The notes beneath the pieces were generated by a model. The model was given only the letters and a program-made list of their open reading frames with translations. It was not told the DNA's origin and ran no database searches. Positions 1-9,104 of a stretch of 25,938 nt of DNA are shown piece after piece. The translations under genes and the position numbers were made by a program. How positions within the stretch are numbered: position 1 is the stretch's first letter; every line of letters starts with the position of its first letter. This DNA is from Phycisphaerae bacterium (GTDB lineage Bacteria; Planctomycetota; Phycisphaerae; UBA1845), in the NCBI GenBank assembly GCA_046715855.1, contig JBKJYI010000099.1:1-25938 (forward strand), written 5' to 3'.

Positions 1-1
1 C

Positions 2-661
2 GGCCCCCGGGCCCCCGAAGAACGGCAAATCAATTTCCCCCCCTCCGGCCCAACCGTCATACTCGTCACCGGAATCAATGGCTCCGGCAAAACCACCAGC
101 GTCGCCAAGCTCGCCTACTACTTCACCAAGCAAGGCAAAAAGGTGATTCTCGGCGCCTGCGATACTTTTCGGGCCGCCGCCGTCGAGCAGCTCAGCGTCT
201 GGTCCGAGCGAATCGGGGTTCAGATCGTCAAGCACGACCAGGGAGCCGACCCCGGCGCCGTGGCCTACGACGCCTGCGAAGCCGCCGTCGCCCGCAAAGC
301 CGACATCCTGCTCATCGACACAGCGGGCCGCCTGCACACCCAGGACAATCTGATGCGCGAACTCGGCAAAATCCAGAAAGTCGTCGAACGCAAAATTCCC
401 GGGGCCCCGCACGAAGTCCTCCTCGTCCTCGACGCCACCATCGGCCAGAACGCTCTCGTCCAAGCCCGGCAGTTCGCCCAGCACGTCTCCGTCACCGGCA
501 TCGTCCTCGCCAAGCTCGACGGCAGCGCCCGCGGCGGCGTCGTGGTGGGAATTCGCGATCAGCTCAACGTACCCGTGAAGTTCGTTGGTCTGGGCGAAAC
601 CCCCGCCGACATCGAACCCTTCGACCCGGCCGTCTTCGTGGAAGCACTCTTTGCGATTTAG
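2..661 (+). CDS. ftsY: Signal recognition particle receptor FtsY, 5'-truncated by the window edge
   Basis: The frame is open from position 2 and reads GPTVILVTGINGSGKTTSVAKLA (P-loop), DTFRAAA, DTAGR, AKLDGSARGG and VKFVGLGE. These are SRP-GTPase motifs. The protein ends right after the G domain with no M domain, so it is FtsY, not Ffh. Confidence 0.95.
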   Translation, partial: GPRAPEERQINFPPSGPTVILVTGINGSGKTTSVAKLAYYFTKQGKKVILGACDTFRAAAVEQLSVWSERIGVQIVKHDQGADPGAVAYDACEAAVARKADILLIDTAGRLHTQDNLMRELGKIQKVVERKIPGAPHEVLLVLDATIGQNALVQARQFAQHVSVTGIVLAKLDGSARGGVVVGIRDQLNVPVKFVGLGETPADIEPFDPAVFVEALFAI

Positions 662-2591
662 TCTTCACTCCAAGGCGATACCATTCCTTCTCCTGGCGGC
701 CGGCCTCTCGGTCTACGCAAATAGCCTTACGGGACCCTTCATCATAGACGACTTGCCAGGCATCGTGGAAAATCCGGACATCCGCCATTGGGGCGGCGGA
801 TGGAATACGATTGCCATTTCTCTTAATTCGCCCATTGCTGGCCGGCCGCTTATGTGGTTCACCCTGGCGGTCAATTATGCAATCCATGGGCTCAACATCT
901 GGGGCTACCATGCGGTCAACGTCGCAATCCATCTAGTCTGTATGCAACTGGTCTACATGATTATCCGTCGGACCTTGCTCTTGCCCTATTGGCAGGGCCG
1001 ATTTCGTGAACCGACAGCCGCCCGCACTGCCGCCCTGGCTTCGATCCTGTGGGGAGTTCATCCCCTGCTGACCGAAACAGTCGACTATGTATCGCAGCGT
1101 ACGGAATTATTGGCGGGAATGTTCTGTCTTCTGACGATGTATTTCAGCATTCGTGCCTGGAGTTCGCAACGATGGCCGTGGTATGTCGCAGCCGTGGCCG
1201 CAACCGCCACCGGGCAGCTTGCCAAAGAGCAAGTCGCCGCGATTCCCATTGCAGTTCTGGTTTATGATATCATATTTCTATACGCTTCACCTTCCGCGGC
1301 TCTTCGTCGCCGCGCCGCTTTTTATGCCGGCTTAGGCGCCACCTGGTCTGTTTTTGCTTTTCTTACATCTTTTGGCCCGCGCGCTGCGACGGTGGGATTT
1401 GGCCTGGGAATGTCTCCGTGGGACTATTTGCGCACCCAAGCCGGCGTCCTGGTTCATTACATTCGACTGGCGTTTTGGCCCCATCCATTGTCCATTTCCT
1501 ACGCAGACTGGCCAATGGAACATTCCTGGGTGCAAAGTGCCCCGAGCGGCATTTTCATTCTTGCGCTGATCGCCCTAACCGCTTGGGCGGTCTTTCGACG
1601 TAGGTGGCCCGGATTTGCGGGAGCTTGGTTCTTCCTCCTTCTTGCACCCACTTCGAGCTTCGTGCCGATCATCACGGAAATAGCAGCCGAACGACGAATG
1701 TACTTGCCATTGCTATCCATAGTCGTTGTCATTGTTGGATTCGGCATGTGGATGCATAACGCGATCCTCCGGGCCCGCCCAGGCTTTCTATGGACCCGGC
1801 CGGCTCTTGCCGCAGTGGTAGCCATCATCACAATGGGTGCTTCCATCGCTACCATAAATCGCAATCGTCAGTTTCAATCAATCGAGCGCATCTTGAGCGC
1901 GACGTTGCAAGCCCGCCCGGCTGATGAACTAGCCCGCGGCGCATTGATGCAGGACCTGGCCACAAGGGGACAGATGGAACGGGCCCGTTCCTTGTATGAG
2001 GAGGGCATCCGCTTGAATCCCACCTCAGAATCGATGCACCACAATTGGGGGGAATGTCTGGCTTTATCTGGTGAGGTCGAGACGGCAATCAGGGAATTCG
2101 AAACCGTGCTGCAAATCAATCCTGCAAACGATCGCGCTCAAAGGCGCCTCGGCCAACTCCTTCTGCGACAGGGACGTGCGTGGGACGCTGTCAAGAATCT
2201 CAGCGCTGGCTTGCAGAAGGCGCCCGCATACTCCGGAGCGTTTAACAACCTGGGCGTCGCCCTGGCCTCCCTCCATCGAACCGACGAAGCGATCTCTTCC
2301 TTTCGGACAGCGATCGAACTTGATCCCACCTTAGTCGACGCACATTTCAACCTCGGCACTGTTCTTTCAAAGACGGGTCAGTGTCAGGAAGCCCGCTCGA
2401 AGTTGAACAATGCGGTTCACTTGGCTCCGAATGATGTTGCCATTCGGACTTCGCTGGCGGAGACTCTGGAGAAATGTGGCGATATTTCGGGAACAATCGT
2501 GGAATATCGCGCGATTATCCGCTTAAATCCCGATATCGAGAGCGCACGGTTGCATCTCCAGCGCCTTGAGCCGCGCGATTTTGCTCCATGA
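651..2591 (+). CDS. TMTC-like GT-C membrane glycosyltransferase (putative protein O-mannosyltransferase) with C-terminal TPR repeats, copy 1
   Basis: Multi-TM N-terminal region with PFIIDD (acidic DD loop), GRPL, HxxNxxxH, HPLLTETVDYVSQR, KEQ and AERRMYLP, all matching TMTC/DUF1736-type motifs. These are followed by about 6-7 TPR-like helix pairs (e.g. AFNNLGVALASLHRTDEAISSFRTAIELDP). The start is uncertain: TTG at 651, overlapping the ftsY end, is preferred over the ORF-track start at 585, which lies deep inside ftsY. Confidence 0.8.
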   Translation: MRFSLHSKAIPFLLLAAGLSVYANSLTGPFIIDDLPGIVENPDIRHWGGGWNTIAISLNSPIAGRPLMWFTLAVNYAIHGLNIWGYHAVNVAIHLVCMQLVYMIIRRTLLLPYWQGRFREPTAARTAALASILWGVHPLLTETVDYVSQRTELLAGMFCLLTMYFSIRAWSSQRWPWYVAAVAATATGQLAKEQVAAIPIAVLVYDIIFLYASPSAALRRRAAFYAGLGATWSVFAFLTSFGPRAATVGFGLGMSPWDYLRTQAGVLVHYIRLAFWPHPLSISYADWPMEHSWVQSAPSGIFILALIALTAWAVFRRRWPGFAGAWFFLLLAPTSSFVPIITEIAAERRMYLPLLSIVVVIVGFGMWMHNAILRARPGFLWTRPALAAVVAIITMGASIATINRNRQFQSIERILSATLQARPADELARGALMQDLATRGQMERARSLYEEGIRLNPTSESMHHNWGECLALSGEVETAIREFETVLQINPANDRAQRRLGQLLLRQGRAWDAVKNLSAGLQKAPAYSGAFNNLGVALASLHRTDEAISSFRTAIELDPTLVDAHFNLGTVLSKTGQCQEARSKLNNAVHLAPNDVAIRTSLAETLEKCGDISGTIVEYRAIIRLNPDIESARLHLQRLEPRDFAP

Positions 2592-2621
2592 CTACTTTCC
2601 TCTGTGGAAACAATTGATCGA

Positions 2622-4526
2622 ATGAGCGTCCCGAAGAAAAACGTGAAGAGTTCCCGCCGGGAGACCGCACAGCATTGGCTTGGTCTTGCATCCCCAAGGC
2701 GGATTTTGCTTGCCATTCCATTGGCTACTTTGACTCTTTACGGGAGTACGCTTTCGGCTCCCTTTATTTTCGATGACGTGCCTGAATTGGTCCATAACCT
2801 GGACGCTCAGAGCCCGCTGGGGTGCTGGAACACCATCACGGCTTCCCAGAACTCAGGGCTGGCGGGACGCCCTTTCGCCTGCCTGACATTCGCCGCCAAC
2901 TTTGCCTTCGAAGGACACAAGGCTCGTGGATTCCATTTCGTCAATATCCTGATTCACCTTTTTGCCTCGTTTCTCTTGTTCGGCATTGTCCGACGCACCG
3001 CCCTGCGTGTCCTTCAAAACGCCTACGAGGCCACCGCAGCGGCAGGGCTGATCTCCTTGATTTGGGCGATTCATCCCCTCCAGACGGAGAGTGTCACATA
3101 CACAATCCAGCGGATCGAATCTCTGGCCGGAATGTTGTTTCTGCTCACTCTTTACTGTGCGATACTTTCTTGGGAAGCACATCACTCTCTTTTGTGGCGC
3201 TGCCTTTCCATTGTGAGCTGCGCACTGGGAATGCTGACCAAGGAAATTGTCGTGACCGCTCCATTGCTTGTCTTTTTGTATGATGTCATTTTTGTCACCC
3301 GATCCTGGGCTGACGCACTGCGGCGCAGAAGAGCTTTCTATGCAGCCCTTTGTTGTACATGGGCTCTTCCAGCCGTTCTTCTCAGTCAATCACCTCGATC
3401 CGGCACGATTGGATTTGGACTGGGAGTTTCCGCGTTGGATTATCTGAGGACGCAGTCTCAGGTCTTGCTGCACTATCTTCGACTTTGCTTTTGGCCTTTT
3501 CCGCAATCCATCTCCTATTCGGACTGGCCTGTTCTCCGGCAATGGGGTCCAGCCATCGCACCGGGATTCGTGATTCTCTTCTTGCTTGGCGTTTCGATCG
3601 CTGGAACGTGCAAAAAAAAATGGTGGGGATATTGTGGACTGTGGTGTTTTCTCATTCTAGCCCCCAGCTCTTCCTTCGTGCCAATTGTTACCGAACCGGC
3701 TGCGGAGCGGCGAATGTACCTTCCCCTGGCAGGCATTATCACTCTTATCGCTTTCGCTGCGGCGAGGCTGTTACGTTTCTTTGAATCCGAACGACCAGCT
3801 CGACCTGCGATTGCCCACGCGGCCGCTGTCGGCTTGTCTGTGGTCGTCATCAGCGCTTTGGGCGCAAGGACGTTTGTTCGCAACTCGCAATACCTGAGGG
3901 CGACCACGATTCTGTCATCGGACTTGGAGGTGCGTCCTGGGGATGAATTGCTCCGCGGCGCGCTCGTCGAAGAATTGGTGCGCGAGCAACGCATTGACGA
4001 AGCAAAACGAATTCATCAGGAAGGCATCGTTCGAAATCCGGGCTCCCACATCCTCTATGACAATTGGGCCCGGGCCATGCACTCCAGCGGCCGATACCAG
4101 GATGCCATAAATGCCTATTCGAAAGCCATCGAAATCCGTCCGGACTATTACCCTTCGCGCGCCGGTCTCGGCGCCACTTTGATCGATGCGGGACGATACC
4201 TCGACGCCGTTGCCCAGCTCACCGAAGCCACCCGCCGGGCCCCTCATGCCTACACAGTTCGCGGGAACCTGGCCGTCGCCCTCGCGGCACTGGGCCGCAC
4301 CGACGAAGCCGTTGCTGAACTCCGCACTGCGATCCAACTCATGCCCAGCTTCGCCGACGGACACTTCAACCTTGCGCGCCTCCTTGCCGGCCAGGGAAAA
4401 TCGAGCCAAGCTCTCGCACATTTCCAAATCGCGGCGAACCTTCGACCAGACGATGCCGAAATCCAGCATGCCCTCGCCGCCGCTCTACAGAATCACGCAA
4501 ACTCAAAGCAACCCTCCACGCCATAA
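2622..4526 (+). CDS. TMTC-like GT-C membrane glycosyltransferase with C-terminal TPR repeats, copy 2 (paralogue of copy 1)
   Basis: Same motif order as copy 1: PFIFDD, GRPF, HFVNILIH, HPLQTESVTYTIQR, KEI, AERRMYLP, then TPR repeats. ATG at 2622; GTG at 2604 is an in-frame alternative. Confidence 0.8.
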   Translation: MSVPKKNVKSSRRETAQHWLGLASPRRILLAIPLATLTLYGSTLSAPFIFDDVPELVHNLDAQSPLGCWNTITASQNSGLAGRPFACLTFAANFAFEGHKARGFHFVNILIHLFASFLLFGIVRRTALRVLQNAYEATAAAGLISLIWAIHPLQTESVTYTIQRIESLAGMLFLLTLYCAILSWEAHHSLLWRCLSIVSCALGMLTKEIVVTAPLLVFLYDVIFVTRSWADALRRRRAFYAALCCTWALPAVLLSQSPRSGTIGFGLGVSALDYLRTQSQVLLHYLRLCFWPFPQSISYSDWPVLRQWGPAIAPGFVILFLLGVSIAGTCKKKWWGYCGLWCFLILAPSSSFVPIVTEPAAERRMYLPLAGIITLIAFAAARLLRFFESERPARPAIAHAAAVGLSVVVISALGARTFVRNSQYLRATTILSSDLEVRPGDELLRGALVEELVREQRIDEAKRIHQEGIVRNPGSHILYDNWARAMHSSGRYQDAINAYSKAIEIRPDYYPSRAGLGATLIDAGRYLDAVAQLTEATRRAPHAYTVRGNLAVALAALGRTDEAVAELRTAIQLMPSFADGHFNLARLLAGQGKSSQALAHFQIAANLRPDDAEIQHALAAALQNHANSKQPSTP

Positions 4527-4546
4527 ATCGAGTATGATTCGGCGAT

Positions 4547-7500
4547 ATGGGTGTCCGCTTCATCATCGGCAGAGCCGGCACTGGCAAGACGCACTACTGC
4601 CTGCAAGCCATTCGCCAACGACTCCGCGAAAACCCCGTGGACGGTCACCAGCTGATTCTGCTGGTGCCCGAGCAGGCCAGCCAGCAAATGGAGCGGGCCA
4701 TCCTGCTCCCCAGCGACCCTGCTGAACCGGTAATCCCCGCGTCGCACCGCGCCGAAGTTTTCTCGTTTCAGCGGCTCGCCGCCCGCCTGCTTGAGTCCGG
4801 CGCCGCCTCCACAGCCGACACGCTTTCGGAAGCAGCCCGCATCATGGTCCTGCGGCACCTCGCCGCTCAACACGCTCCACGACTGCATTATTACCAGCGG
4901 GTTCAACGGCATGCCGGATTCCTGGACCGCCTGGCCGCAACCATCTCCGAGTTCATTCAGGAAGGCGTCTCCCCCGACGCACTCACATTGGAATGGTCCG
5001 ACCGCGCCCGCGCCAGTGACGGCCGCACGTCGGCCAAATTCCACGACTTGCAAATCCTGTACGCGGCCTACCTGCAGTTTCTCGGCACGGCGCTGACCGA
5101 TCCGTCTCAGAATCTGCGTGAAGCCCGGTCGCGCCTCTCGAGTTGCGACTGGCTTCGCGGCGCCGAGCTGTGGGTGGACGGCTTCGCTTCGTTCAGCGGC
5201 GAGGAAGCCGCCACGCTGGTCGAACTCGTCCGCCACGTCCGGCACACCGACATTGCCGTCCTGCTTGACCCCTCGCATGTAAAAAATGCTTCCACGCCAT
5301 CCATGCGATCGCTCTTCGCCCACACCGCCCGCACGCTCCATGAATTAAGCGAACTCTTCCGAAGTGCAGGACTTCCCCTAGAAGACCCCTGGGTTCTGCA
5401 ACCCAAAACTGCTCCGCGATTCAAGTGCTCCCCCGTTCTGGAATCCCTTGAACAATCGCTCTTTAGCATCAGCGCAAGCTCGTCACCTGTTCCACCACAA
5501 CAAACGAAACCGCCTGAAAATATTTCGCTCGTCGAGCTTCCCTCGCGGCGCGCCGAAGTCGAATACGCAGTGTCGCTCATTTGCGATTGGACCCGCGGCG
5601 ATCCGCCTCGTTACCGCTATCGCGACATCGCCATTATCGTCCGCGACCTCGAACCCTATTACGACATGGTGCGGTCGGCCCTGGAAGACCGCGCCATCGC
5701 CTGCTTTATCGATCAGCGCCGCCCAGTGACCCACCACCCGCTGGTCGAGCTTCTGCGAGTCGGCGCCAGGTTGCCCGTCGAAGGGCTCACATTGAAGCTG
5801 ACTCGCCTGTTGCTCAAGACGGGACTCCTGCCTCTCCATCCCGAAGCCGCCGACGAACTCGAAAACTACTTGCTCGCTCACGGGATCGAAGGATGGGAAC
5901 GCTGGAATTCAGGGGACTGGTCTCATCAGAGAATAGCCACGCAATCGAATCCGCCCAAGTCTCCTCAACCGTGGCAAATCGAGTTACTAGCCCGGATCAA
6001 CCAGGCCCGAATGGCGGTCTTGGCTGCACTGTCTCCCTGGTACGACTTCGCGGGTCAGCCCGGTCGCCACAGCGGAATCCAATGGTCGCAGGCCCTCCGC
6101 TCCTGGTTGGAGCACCTCGGCGTACCACAGACGATTTCAGAATGGAGCGCGCAGGCCCAAGATCAGGGCGATTTGGACCAGGCCGGCGAACACCAGCAAA
6201 TCTGGTCTGATATCGAGAAATTCCTTGACTCGCTGACCATCGCTTTTGGCGAACGCGTCCTCGACAAGGACGAACTCGCTCAAGTCATCGACGCGGGTCT
6301 CAGCAGCCTTACCCTCGCTCTCGTTCCACCCACCGTCGATCAGGTATTGGTCGGCTCCATCGAGCGCACCCGGCATCCCGACATTCAGGCCGCAATCCTC
6401 CTGGGATTCAATGACGGTATCTTTCCCGCCCGACTCGAAGAAGATTCAATCCTCAACGACGACGATCGAAGGCAGCTGCTGGATGCCGGTATTCGAGTTG
6501 GCTTGCCCACTCGGCAGCGACTCTTGAACGAAGCCATGCTGGTCTACATCGCACTGACCCGCGCCAGCCGCCAATTGGTCATCACCTGCGCCAGCGCTGA
6601 TGCCAGGAACGCGGCACTTCGCCCGTCGCCTTTCGTGAAAGACCTGCTCGCCGCATGTCCTGGACTGGTGATGGAGAAGGTCGCCGATCCTGCCCGCGAC
6701 CGGTCCCTTTGGGACCTGCACACCGCCGCCGACCTGCGCCGCAGGCTCACCACCGAATTTCGCACACGCCCCCCATTGGCCGACGATCAACTCCCGGTTC
6801 GTTCTCGCTGGAATCAGCTTTACAATCAAACTCGCGCCGATCTCAACGCGGATCCCCTGGCGCGGCTCGCCTTCTCCTCGCTCGCCGATCCCCTCCCGGC
6901 TGAGATTTCAAAATCGCTTGTTTCCCAGCATTTTCAGGATCCGCTGGGCACCAGCGTCTCCTCGCTGGAGACCTACGCGACCTGCCCGTTCAAGTTCTTC
7001 TCCGAAAAAATGCTCCGCCTGACCGAGCGCGCCGAAGCACCGCTCGCAGACGTGGACGTCGGCAAGGTCCATCACACCATCATGGAAGAGCTCGCCAACG
7101 ACATGGCCGCTCGCAACCTCGGATTCGCTCAGCTTGGCGGCGACGAACTGATCGGAGTCCTCCGCACCAGCTGCGAGCGCGCCGCCGACCGCCTGAAAAC
7201 CGCGGACGGCCTCTCCACGGCCCGCGATGCCTACCTGCTTCGCCGCTCCGCCACCCGGCTCGCTCGAATCCTTCACGCTCAACAGCGCAGGTTGGCTTCC
7301 GGCGCGCTGCGGCCAAAACGTGCCGAACTGGCCTTCGGAGGAGAGCCCGAACTCAACGGGCTGCCCCCTCTCAACATCACGACCCCCAAAGGCCGAACCG
7401 TGCACTTGCGCGGCTTCATCGACCGCGTCGATCTCGTTGAAGCCGCCGACGAGCTTCTCGGCGTCGTGGTGGATTACAAGGAAACTCGCGACAAGAAACT

Positions 7501-8083
7501 TGAATATTCTCGCGCCTACCACGGCCTTTCTCTACAATTGCTCGCCTACCTCCTGGTACTGGCCGAACATGGTGAGACCCTGGCCGGGCGGCCGATTCAA
7601 CCCGCCGGCGCACTCTACTTAAGCCTTGGATCACATTACGAAACGGTTCATCACCCCGCATGCGCCAACAATCGCAACACCGCGCAGCAGGGCACTTTCC
7701 GCCCTCGGGGCCTGCTTAGCGAAAAACACCTCGAAAAACTCAAAATCGATTCCGCACTGAGTAGTTGGTCGGAATACTACTCCATTTACCGCAAGAAAGA
7801 CGGCGAGCTAGGCCGACCTGATGAAAATGACGCTGTCGCACAGCAATCGTTCGATTCCATGCTCCAGCACACCCGCCGCCGCATGGGCGAACTCGCCGAT
7901 GGAATTCTCGATGGCCTCGTGCCCATTCGCCCCTATCGACTGGGCACCTTCTCGCCATGCTCCTGGTGCCGCATGACGGTCGTATGCCGATTCGAGAGCG
8001 GACTATGTGACGTGCAATACCTCGAAACGTTAAAACGCTCGGAAATCTACGTTCGCCTCGGCAACGCTCCGTCTCCCCCTTGA
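4547..8083 (+). CDS. addB: ATP-dependent helicase/nuclease subunit B (AddB/RexB)
   Basis: 1178 aa. N-terminal Walker A GRAGTGKT; LLVPEQ; YIALTRAS; PD-(D/E)XK nuclease motifs GFIDRVD, VVVDYK and LQLLAY; 4Fe-4S staple cysteines YATCPF and CSWCRMTVVC. Confidence 0.9.
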   Translation: MGVRFIIGRAGTGKTHYCLQAIRQRLRENPVDGHQLILLVPEQASQQMERAILLPSDPAEPVIPASHRAEVFSFQRLAARLLESGAASTADTLSEAARIMVLRHLAAQHAPRLHYYQRVQRHAGFLDRLAATISEFIQEGVSPDALTLEWSDRARASDGRTSAKFHDLQILYAAYLQFLGTALTDPSQNLREARSRLSSCDWLRGAELWVDGFASFSGEEAATLVELVRHVRHTDIAVLLDPSHVKNASTPSMRSLFAHTARTLHELSELFRSAGLPLEDPWVLQPKTAPRFKCSPVLESLEQSLFSISASSSPVPPQQTKPPENISLVELPSRRAEVEYAVSLICDWTRGDPPRYRYRDIAIIVRDLEPYYDMVRSALEDRAIACFIDQRRPVTHHPLVELLRVGARLPVEGLTLKLTRLLLKTGLLPLHPEAADELENYLLAHGIEGWERWNSGDWSHQRIATQSNPPKSPQPWQIELLARINQARMAVLAALSPWYDFAGQPGRHSGIQWSQALRSWLEHLGVPQTISEWSAQAQDQGDLDQAGEHQQIWSDIEKFLDSLTIAFGERVLDKDELAQVIDAGLSSLTLALVPPTVDQVLVGSIERTRHPDIQAAILLGFNDGIFPARLEEDSILNDDDRRQLLDAGIRVGLPTRQRLLNEAMLVYIALTRASRQLVITCASADARNAALRPSPFVKDLLAACPGLVMEKVADPARDRSLWDLHTAADLRRRLTTEFRTRPPLADDQLPVRSRWNQLYNQTRADLNADPLARLAFSSLADPLPAEISKSLVSQHFQDPLGTSVSSLETYATCPFKFFSEKMLRLTERAEAPLADVDVGKVHHTIMEELANDMAARNLGFAQLGGDELIGVLRTSCERAADRLKTADGLSTARDAYLLRRSATRLARILHAQQRRLASGALRPKRAELAFGGEPELNGLPPLNITTPKGRTVHLRGFIDRVDLVEAADELLGVVVDYKETRDKKLEYSRAYHGLSLQLLAYLLVLAEHGETLAGRPIQPAGALYLSLGSHYETVHHPACANNRNTAQQGTFRPRGLLSEKHLEKLKIDSALSSWSEYYSIYRKKDGELGRPDENDAVAQQSFDSMLQHTRRRMGELADGILDGLVPIRPYRLGTFSPCSWCRMTVVCRFESGLCDVQYLETLKRSEIYVRLGNAPSPP

Positions 8084-8103
8084 TAAGGGGGGATTAAGGG
8101 GGG
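8075..8103. repeat. REP-like palindrome CCCCCTT-GAT-AAGGGGG followed by GATTAAGGGGGG
   Basis: Perfect 7-bp stem (8075-8081 with 8085-8091) and a second AAGGGGGG run at 8096-8103. It overlaps the addB stop codon. Confidence 0.6.
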
Positions 8104-8148
8104 TCAAGCTCGTCCGCTATGCGATGTCCTCACCTGGTGATTGAAACT

Positions 8149-8955
8149 ATGGGCGTCATCTTCGATCGCGTCTCGGTGCTGCGTGCTTACCTGCGCGAAA
8201 TCATCGGGCATGGACTGCCCGAATTCACCCGTCCCGGCGAGCGTGAAATCGTCATGTTCCTCGACGGCGTGGGCGGTTTTCAGTTTATCCCCCTCCTCGC
8301 CCGCAAAGTCCTTCGCGAAACCGACCACCCGATCAGCTCGACATGGTTTCGCTGGCAGACACCCGTACCCGGGCTCATGCTCGTGGACCTCATGTGGCGC
8401 TCGCGCAACCAGCGCAGCGCCGCGCTCCTCGCCGACAGGCTGCTGGCCCTTCACCGCGACCAGCCCGAGGCGAAATTGCATATCGTCGCCTACAGCGGGG
8501 GAACCGCCGTCGCCGTCTTCGCTCTCGAACTTCTCAAGGGCCGCGTACCCATTGAAACATTCGTCCTTCTCGCACCGGCAATTTCCCCGACCTATAACCT
8601 GGGCCCCGCGCTCCGCAGCGTACAGCGCGCCTATGTGATGATGAGCTGCAGGGATACTTGGCTGCTCGGGGCCGCTACCCGAATCTTCGGGACCATGGAT
8701 CGCCGCCGCGTTCGCTCCGCGGGCTTGATCGGATTCCAGATGCCGGTCGATCTTTCGCCCCCCGACCGGCAGGCGTACAAGCGAATCCGTCTCGTCGAAT
8801 GGTGCGAAGATTTTCGCCGATACGGCCATCGCGGCGGGCACACCGGCTGGACCCAGGTCTCGTTTTTACGCCATCACCTGCGGAGTTTGCTCGCCGGTCA
8901 GACCTCCCTGCCCACCCGCACACTTGACTCCCACCCCGAAAGCGGAAACAACTAA
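8149..8955 (+). CDS. Alpha/beta-hydrolase fold protein
   Basis: Nucleophile elbow HIVAYSGGT, LLAPAIS strand, candidate Asp (SCRD) and His (GGHTGW). Start ATG 8149, or 8119. Confidence 0.7.
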   Translation: MGVIFDRVSVLRAYLREIIGHGLPEFTRPGEREIVMFLDGVGGFQFIPLLARKVLRETDHPISSTWFRWQTPVPGLMLVDLMWRSRNQRSAALLADRLLALHRDQPEAKLHIVAYSGGTAVAVFALELLKGRVPIETFVLLAPAISPTYNLGPALRSVQRAYVMMSCRDTWLLGAATRIFGTMDRRRVRSAGLIGFQMPVDLSPPDRQAYKRIRLVEWCEDFRRYGHRGGHTGWTQVSFLRHHLRSLLAGQTSLPTRTLDSHPESGNN

Positions 8956-8956
8956 C

Positions 8957-9058
8957 GAAGCCCGAGTCCCGGCCTTTATGCCGGACGCATTTAACTGAAC
9001 CCGAGCCCGGCATTTATGCCGGGGTGTCTCGAACTCGAGCCCCGGCATTTATGCCGGG
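8957..9058. repeat. Three tandem copies of REP-like family A, GAAC(C/T)CGAG(C)CCCGGCATTTATGCCGGG
   Basis: Palindromic cores CCCGGC(A/C)TTTATGCCGG(G/A) at 8968-8985, 9006-9023 and 9041-9058. Further copies at 12021-12045 and 12256-12280. Confidence 0.85.
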
Positions 9059-9072
9059 TGTATTCGCCGCAA

Positions 9073-9104
9073 GGGTGCCATGGCCAAGCGCAGCGCCGCC
9101 ATGG
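9073..9104 (+). repeat. REP-like family B, GGGTGCCATGGCCAAGCGCAGCGCCGCCATGG
   Basis: CCATGGC/GCCATGG stem. Other copies at 10061-10082 (partial), 12178-12208, 24363-24403 (degenerate) and 24415-24445 (inverted). Confidence 0.85.

Noticed and set aside
8957-9058. CRISPR array (three palindromic repeats at about 35-38 nt period)
   Set aside because: The sequence between units is only about 6-14 nt, there are only three units, the same palindrome occurs singly at 12021 and 12256, and there are no cas genes.
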